A DNA stretch of 12,183 nt from the NCBI GenBank assembly GCA_964236955.1, contig CAXSGP010000124.1, positions 1 to 12,183 on the forward strand, read 5' to 3'. The position numbers and the translations under genes are program-made. Source of the stretch: an uncultured Oligoflexus sp. GTDB taxonomy: Bacteria; Bdellovibrionota_B; Oligoflexia; Oligoflexales; Oligoflexaceae. Positions 7,573 through 12,183 of this stretch are shown here, piece after piece (the stretch's first letter is position 1; every line of letters starts with the position of its first letter). Below the pieces are notes generated by a model. The model made no database searches, was not told where the DNA came from, and saw only the letters and a list, made by a program, of their open reading frames with translations.

Positions 7573-7613
7573 GAGGGCCATACTCGTTAGGGGTGATGGT
7601 CCTCCGTATTTTT
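7573..7613 (+). terminator. Probable intrinsic terminator for the 7193-7543 gene
   Basis: GAGGGCCAT / ATGGTCCTC stem (one G-U pair) followed by CGTATTTTT. Confidence 0.55.
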
Positions 7614-7855
7614 GTCCTTATTTCTCAGCTATCTATCTCGACGTCCTGCACCTTCGCCAGAGGCAAAAGGCCATTCGGGACCCATCCCAAGGCGGTAAAC
7701 TCCAGCGATTCATCTAAAATCCTCATGACTAAAACCCGCTCAGAGTTTATAACGCCAATATGGGCCGTTTGGTCTTCTGTTTGTGTGAGTGAGGAAAGGC
7801 CAAAACCATCGTCAAATCCCGTAAAAAATTAACGGTAGCGGTAAGGGATTTCGCC

Positions 7856-10237
7856 GTGGCTATCAAGCGTAGGGGCGGCCTTAGTTCCCCATCCGGTCTG
7901 AATGCGGGCCTGCCTCTTGATCTCGGACAAGAGATTCACGTCGCTATCCAATCTCGTCTCAAGCTGGAGCGAGCCGAGTATCAAAGCGAACTTCTGCTTC
8001 AGGCTACATTTTCGGGAACACATTATGATCTGAGGGTGCGAGGTCGTTGCGACGGTTACTTTGATCAGGATCCGCCCCTCCTTGAGGAGATAAAATCCAG
8101 CTTCAACCTCAAGTCCCTTAAAAAGGCCCTCGAAGAGCAGTGCGACCATCCCTATATTCTTCAGGCCAAAGTCTATGCTTACCTTTTCCTACTGCAGAAG
8201 GATAAGGTGCCTGATCTCAGGCTAAGGCTGGTCGATAGCCGAAGCCTTAAAGAGGAACTCTGGCCCATAGCGTTTGACCCAGTAGCCTTCGAACTGTGGC
8301 TCAAGGCCAGGCAAGTCCAGATCGAAGCTCACTTATTGGAATATGCGGCGCTGGTGAAGGCCCGCAAACGTCTGGCGAAACGGCTTTATTTCCCATTTCC
8401 TCAGTGTCGGCCGAAGCAGGCGGAACTTGTGGCGGCAGTCAAACATAATCTCGAAGCGGAACGGGCGCTCCTACTCCAGGCTCCAACCGGACTTGGCAAG
8501 ACCGCAGGCGTCCTTTACCCCACCCTCGTCTATGCGCTTGAGCGCGGTGGGCCCGTCGTCTATGTCGCTCCCAAAAACAGCCAGTTCAAAGCCGCCGTCG
8601 AACTTGGAAAACTTTTTCAGAAAAGCCGTATCCCGCTCAAGGTACTGGTCCTGACGTCAAAAGCGAAGGCCTGCTATCACGATGAAGCCTTATGCCAGAG
8701 TAATAGCTGTCCCTTGGCGCTTGCCTATTACGATAGGGTGGAGGAGCATGACCTTTCCAGTCGGGATAAGAAAAAAAATCTTTGGGACTATCGCTATTTT
8801 AGAAAGCTCGCCGATACTTTTGAGGTCTGTCCGCATGCACTTGCCATGGATCGTATACAGGCAGCTGATCTCATCATCTGTGACTACAATTATATTTTTT
8901 CAGTAAATGCCAATTTCTTCGATCGCTATCTCGACCCCATTTTGCCGATGAAGAAGCCGGTTCTCGTGATCGACGAGGCCCATAATCTTTATGGAAGAGT
9001 GATCGATAACTTTTCGCCTGGGATTCGCCTGTCCACTCTCAAAAATTTTTTGCACGGTGCGGTATCGTTGGGCGACGATTCCTTTAGAAATCTCGTGACC
9101 AAAGCGATAGACCTGATGCAATCCCTAAGCCCGGCGGTAGCCCTGGCCAGGATATCGAGGGAGAAGGAGAACCTTCGCGAGGACGTCCAGGGCCTCCTGA
9201 GCTGGAGTCTGGAGCTCATGACCTCCCGTTGGGGAGGGCAAGGACTGCCGACGGCTGAGGATCCATTGTTTCAGTTTTTTACCCAGTGGTATGATCTCAA
9301 TGAAATGTTCGAGGCCTCGATGGAAACCGTGCCCCTCATCTATAAGCGTGAAGATGGCGACGAGATCCTCAAGGCCCAGTGTATCGATCCTTCGGCGATT
9401 ATTGCGCCGCTCTATAAGCAGTTTTTGGGAGTGATTGCGTTCTCGGCTACGCTTAAACCCTTCAATTTTTACAGACATATGTGCGGTTTTGATCCCTTGG
9501 TAAGTGACAGTGTGGAATTCTCATCGCCCTTCCCGAGAGAACACAAGAAGATCCTAATCATTCCTCAGGTGCAGACGAATTATCGGGAGCGCGATCGTCA
9601 CTATCAACGCATTGCTGCCATTATGCATCGCGTGATAGCCCTGAAGACCGGATCCTATCTGGCATTTTTCTCCAGCTATCAGTTTCTGAGGCAAGTTCAA
9701 ACGTTCTTGCCTGACGGTAACGATTGTTTGGTTTATGCGCAGAGCACGGCGTTTACTGCGCATTCGCTGCAAAAGGTAACGGATATTTTAGAGCGAAAAA
9801 CAGGTTCCCAGCTTATCCTCGCCGTACAGGGCGGCTCCTTATCGGAGGGTATCGATTTTCGCGGGATGGGTCTTCGTGGGGTCTTCATCATTGGGCCGGC
9901 AGTCCCGAGCGCGAGTTTTGAGCGACGCCTGATGCAGGAGCATTTTGAGAAACTGTGCGGAGACGGTCGCTCTTACGCATACGTCTATCCAGCAATGACC
10001 AAGTCCGTCCAGGCAGCGGGACGTATCGTGCGGGATGAAACGGAAAGGGGAATCATTATACTTATGGATCCGCGTTTCCTAGAAAAGACTTACGCAAGTG
10101 CCATGCCCGAAGATTGGTTTGAAAATTCGCCTGTGGAATTGTTACCAAAGCAGATCCTCGGTGAGATAAAAGATTTTTGGGATGCTTTCGAAAACGATGG
10201 CCTCGCGGATGGCCCTGGCTTAAAGGAGTCACGTTGA
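7856..10237 (+). CDS. PD-(D/E)XK nuclease fused to a Rad3/XPD/DinG-family Fe-S DNA helicase (true start probably upstream of 7856)
   Basis: Nuclease motifs: GQEIH, GRCDG, EEIKS, QAKVY. Helicase motifs: Q motif FPFPQCRPKQ, Walker A APTGLGKT, four Fe-S Cys (ACYHDEALCQSNSCP...VCPH), Walker B IDEAHN, FSATL, FFSSY, SEGIDF, QAAGRIVR. In-frame upstream codons read KKLTVAVRDFA. Confidence 0.95.
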   Translation: MAIKRRGGLSSPSGLNAGLPLDLGQEIHVAIQSRLKLERAEYQSELLLQATFSGTHYDLRVRGRCDGYFDQDPPLLEEIKSSFNLKSLKKALEEQCDHPYILQAKVYAYLFLLQKDKVPDLRLRLVDSRSLKEELWPIAFDPVAFELWLKARQVQIEAHLLEYAALVKARKRLAKRLYFPFPQCRPKQAELVAAVKHNLEAERALLLQAPTGLGKTAGVLYPTLVYALERGGPVVYVAPKNSQFKAAVELGKLFQKSRIPLKVLVLTSKAKACYHDEALCQSNSCPLALAYYDRVEEHDLSSRDKKKNLWDYRYFRKLADTFEVCPHALAMDRIQAADLIICDYNYIFSVNANFFDRYLDPILPMKKPVLVIDEAHNLYGRVIDNFSPGIRLSTLKNFLHGAVSLGDDSFRNLVTKAIDLMQSLSPAVALARISREKENLREDVQGLLSWSLELMTSRWGGQGLPTAEDPLFQFFTQWYDLNEMFEASMETVPLIYKREDGDEILKAQCIDPSAIIAPLYKQFLGVIAFSATLKPFNFYRHMCGFDPLVSDSVEFSSPFPREHKKILIIPQVQTNYRERDRHYQRIAAIMHRVIALKTGSYLAFFSSYQFLRQVQTFLPDGNDCLVYAQSTAFTAHSLQKVTDILERKTGSQLILAVQGGSLSEGIDFRGMGLRGVFIIGPAVPSASFERRLMQEHFEKLCGDGRSYAYVYPAMTKSVQAAGRIVRDETERGIIILMDPRFLEKTYASAMPEDWFENSPVELLPKQILGEIKDFWDAFENDGLADGPGLKESR

Positions 10238-10536
10238 AGGTTCATTACAGGAGTAAGCTCTTCAGGCTGCCATTGCTTCGACGCTATTCCGCCATCGCGA
10301 TAGGTCGAAGCTGTTATGTTAAGGCCGCTATCGCTTCCCCTTGCCTTTTAAGGCATGAACACATTCACCAGGAACAAATGACTCGCCACGGTATCCTTGG
10401 TTTTTACCTGATCTATCTCAAAGACTATGCCTTAAATCTTTGGCGCTACCGCAATCATGACGAAGCGTATGAAAATATTCCTTTTGAATTAGAAGCTTAT
10501 GCCCGAGAAGGGGAAGTGAATGAATCTAAGTTTTGA
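10234..10536 (+). CDS. Small HExxH (zincin-like) putative metallopeptidase, 100 aa
   Basis: AGGAG at 10224-10228, then TTG 10234 overlapping the helicase TGA (TTGA). Motifs SAIAIG, LLRHEHIHQEQ, FYLIY, AYENIPFELEAY (distal Glu ligand). Resembles DUF4157-like mini-zincins. Confidence 0.85.
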   Translation: MKVHYRSKLFRLPLLRRYSAIAIGRSCYVKAAIASPCLLRHEHIHQEQMTRHGILGFYLIYLKDYALNLWRYRNHDEAYENIPFELEAYAREGEVNESKF

Positions 10537-10825
10537 TGCTATATTCTTAAAATTTATAATCAGAATATAAAAAGCAAGAAAATAATGTGGGTCTTTGAGA
10601 GTAAATCACCTTCATGAAAACTCTAAAAATTGCCGTAGCTACTGTTAATTGCCTGTTTCCCGCGTAGCCCTTGTCCCACCTGTAAACTAATTTTGCCAAA
10701 TCCCATGCATGTCTCGCTTAGAAAAGCAAGATGCAGGAAAAACAAGACTCATGTAGTTAATTTCATACAGTCCGTAAAATATTCTTATCTACCTATAATC
10801 ATTATGAAAAACAGACTTAAAACTT

Positions 10826-10841
10826 CGGCACGGATCCTGCT
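10826..10841 (+). promoter_or_regulatory. Sigma54 (-24/-12) promoter
   Basis: CGGCACG-GATC-CTGCT versus consensus TGGCACG-N4-TTGCW, with exact GG-N10-GC spacing. About 100 bp upstream of ATG 10939, after a long AT-rich spacer. Confidence 0.7.
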
Positions 10842-10938
10842 TTATGTCCTGTGTCCCAGAGATTTTTAGAGTGTGATTCGCAGATAATTTTTTTGGCGCA
10901 CAAAGTCGCTAAAGATAGAATTCATAAGAGGGTAAGAT

Positions 10939-11358
10939 ATGAACCGTAAAATTTTTGAACAAATCATTGCCAAAATTCCTCACCTTACAGCTGACGGTCT
11001 TATGGATATAAGCGACGCCAGTTTCCAATTGAAACGACGCGATTTTGTTCGAACCACGGCTCCCCTCGGTCAAACTATAGCTGCCATCGAATTCCTTTCC
11101 CAAATCGGCAAATCGGGCCGTTTCTCCCGTTGGCAACGAAGCAACTGCACACCCTCGAATCTTCAGGATTTGATCGAGTGGGCTGTGGGTCAAAAAGTTT
11201 CTGAAGGCGCTATCATCGTAGCGGCGATCTATCTCGGGTTCACAATGGGTGTTCAGGACGGAACCAAGTCGTACTTCAACTTCCTAGTGCCGCAAATGGA
11301 ATTCGAATTGGCCCGTTTTGCGAACGTACAACAAGTTCGCATGGCGGTTGGTCAATAA
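10939..11358 (+). CDS. Hypothetical protein, 139 aa
   Basis: GAGGG RBS at 10928-10932, ATG 10939. Has its own promoter and terminator. Globular-looking sequence. Confidence 0.85.
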   Translation: MNRKIFEQIIAKIPHLTADGLMDISDASFQLKRRDFVRTTAPLGQTIAAIEFLSQIGKSGRFSRWQRSNCTPSNLQDLIEWAVGQKVSEGAIIVAAIYLGFTMGVQDGTKSYFNFLVPQMEFELARFANVQQVRMAVGQ

Positions 11359-11404
11359 GAACTATTTGGTAGCTCTATAAAACTCTCAAAATATGTATGA
11401 TTGG

Positions 11405-11446
11405 GCGATGAGACTTTGGATGTCAATCCAGTTTCATCGCTTTTTT
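11405..11446 (+). terminator. Rho-independent terminator
   Basis: GCGATGAGACT / AGTTTCATCGC stem plus inner GGAT/ATCC, followed immediately by TTTTTT. Confidence 0.8.
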
Positions 11447-11662
11447 CTTGCTGAAGAAACCTTATCTATTTTACAAATTTCGTTATTTGTTGCCATATCT
11501 GCACCATCAAAATCGCTAATTTTTTGTTCCATCCATGACCTATTATTCCAATACTTTCAAAGCTTTAGCATTGGGTTAAAAGCGGCTTATTCTTTTTTCT
11601 AAACTTTGAAAAATCTTAACCGATAGGGGGGGGCAGGTGTTCTCTATCCAAATGAGGTCAAG

Positions 11663-12183
11663 ATGAAGAATCAGCGCGCGAACCGAGGAGCGAATGGTGC
11701 TGCTGCGTTGTTTATAGGCTGCTTCTTGGCCATGGCCAACTGTAAAGTACAGGGGACTATAGCAATCCCGGACGCACTGCCGATTCAAGGAGACATTAAA
11801 AAGGATGGAATGAGTGGAAATCGACCACCTGATCGGGATCCAGCCTCTTCTATGGAATCAGGTAGCGAAGTCAATAAGATTCCTGTTGAGGCGCCGTCTC
11901 CTTCACCTCCTTCACTTCCACAATCTGGCGATTCTAAGCCACCTAATCCTGGACCTATGGATCCGGACCCTTCAAGTTCGCATGAAGACAACACGCTACC
12001 CGACATAGGTTCAGTTCCTCCGTCCCTACCCAATTCAGTCCCAAAACCTAATCCCCCAACTGGGCCGCTACCAGGTCCTACGCCAACGCCTGCGCCTGCG
12101 CCTACGCCAACGCCTACGCCAACGCCTGCGCCAACGCCTGCGCCTGCGCCTGCGCCTGCGCCTGCGCCTGCGCCTGCGCCTGC
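11663..12183 (+). CDS. 5' part of a Pro-rich exported protein, probably a lipoprotein (truncated by the window end; not in the ORF track)
   Basis: GAGG at 11654-11657, ATG 11663, frame open to the end: MKNQRANRGANGAAALFIGCFLAMANCKVQGTIAIPDALP...PSPSPPSLP...PKPNPPTGPLPG(PT/PA)n. Basic N-region, hydrophobic stretch and candidate lipobox MANC. Confidence 0.85.
   Translation, partial: MKNQRANRGANGAAALFIGCFLAMANCKVQGTIAIPDALPIQGDIKKDGMSGNRPPDRDPASSMESGSEVNKIPVEAPSPSPPSLPQSGDSKPPNPGPMDPDPSSSHEDNTLPDIGSVPPSLPNSVPKPNPPTGPLPGPTPTPAPAPTPTPTPTPAPTPAPAPAPAPAPAPAP
12077..12183 (+). repeat. Hexanucleotide tandem repeat CC(T/A)(A/G)CG, about 18 units, encoding (Pro-Thr/Pro-Ala)n
   Basis: CCTACG/CCAACG/CCTGCG units, becoming pure CCTGCG towards the end of the window. 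Confidence 0.97.

Noticed and set aside
7856..8200. Nuclease domain as Cas4 / type IV CRISPR DinG
   Set aside because: No CRISPR array or other cas genes in the window, and no Cas4 Cys cluster in the nuclease domain; matches the stand-alone nuclease-Rad3 fusion.
7829..9921. Short alternative-frame and antisense ORFs within the helicase
   Set aside because: Shadows of the long motif-complete ORF.
10177..10233. Longer 119-aa start for the HExxH protein
   Set aside because: Overlaps the helicase by about 60 bp without an RBS; TTG 10234 has AGGAG at proper spacing.
11393..12033. ORFs 11393-11602, 11576-11788, 11785-12033 and 11814-12008
   Set aside because: They overlap the terminator, or are alternative frames/antisense of the 11663 Pro-rich gene.
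12077..12183. Terminal repeat as a CRISPR array or telomere-like repeat
   Set aside because: No spacers; it is an in-frame coding hexamer repeat.

Overview
Bacterial chromosomal window of roughly 50% GC, with AT-rich spacers. Lipoprotein style, an orphan multi-PAS kinase and a sigma54 site would fit Bdellovibrionota/Oligoflexia, but this is inference only. Well-supported genes: a FadA2/FadI-type thiolase (-, 1152-2426); a divergent cytoplasmic 4xPAS hybrid histidine kinase (+, 2795-5632); a YceI-like lipoprotein (-, 5763-6476); a single-TM acidic protein (+, 7193-7543); a PD-(D/E)XK nuclease fused to a Rad3/XPD/DinG Fe-S helicase (+, ~7830-10237), translationally coupled to a 100-aa HExxH protein (+, 10234-10536); a 139-aa unknown behind a sigma54-type promoter (+, 10939-11358); and a 3'-truncated Pro-rich putative lipoprotein (+, 11663 to the end) running into a hexamer tandem repeat. 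No rRNA, tRNA, CRISPR array or intact mobile element was seen. Most notable observations: (i) the helicase's conserved N-terminus lies upstream of any canonical start and is reachable by a -1 shift at A_AAA_AAT or by an ATC start; (ii) a decayed TnpB (IS200/IS605) fragment at ~6820-6980; (iii) the nuclease-helicase/mini-zincin gene pair; (iv) a tandem CTACC-N4-GGTAG operator over the thiolase RBS. No complete new system can be demonstrated from the sequence alone. All family assignments come from motif recognition, not database searches.
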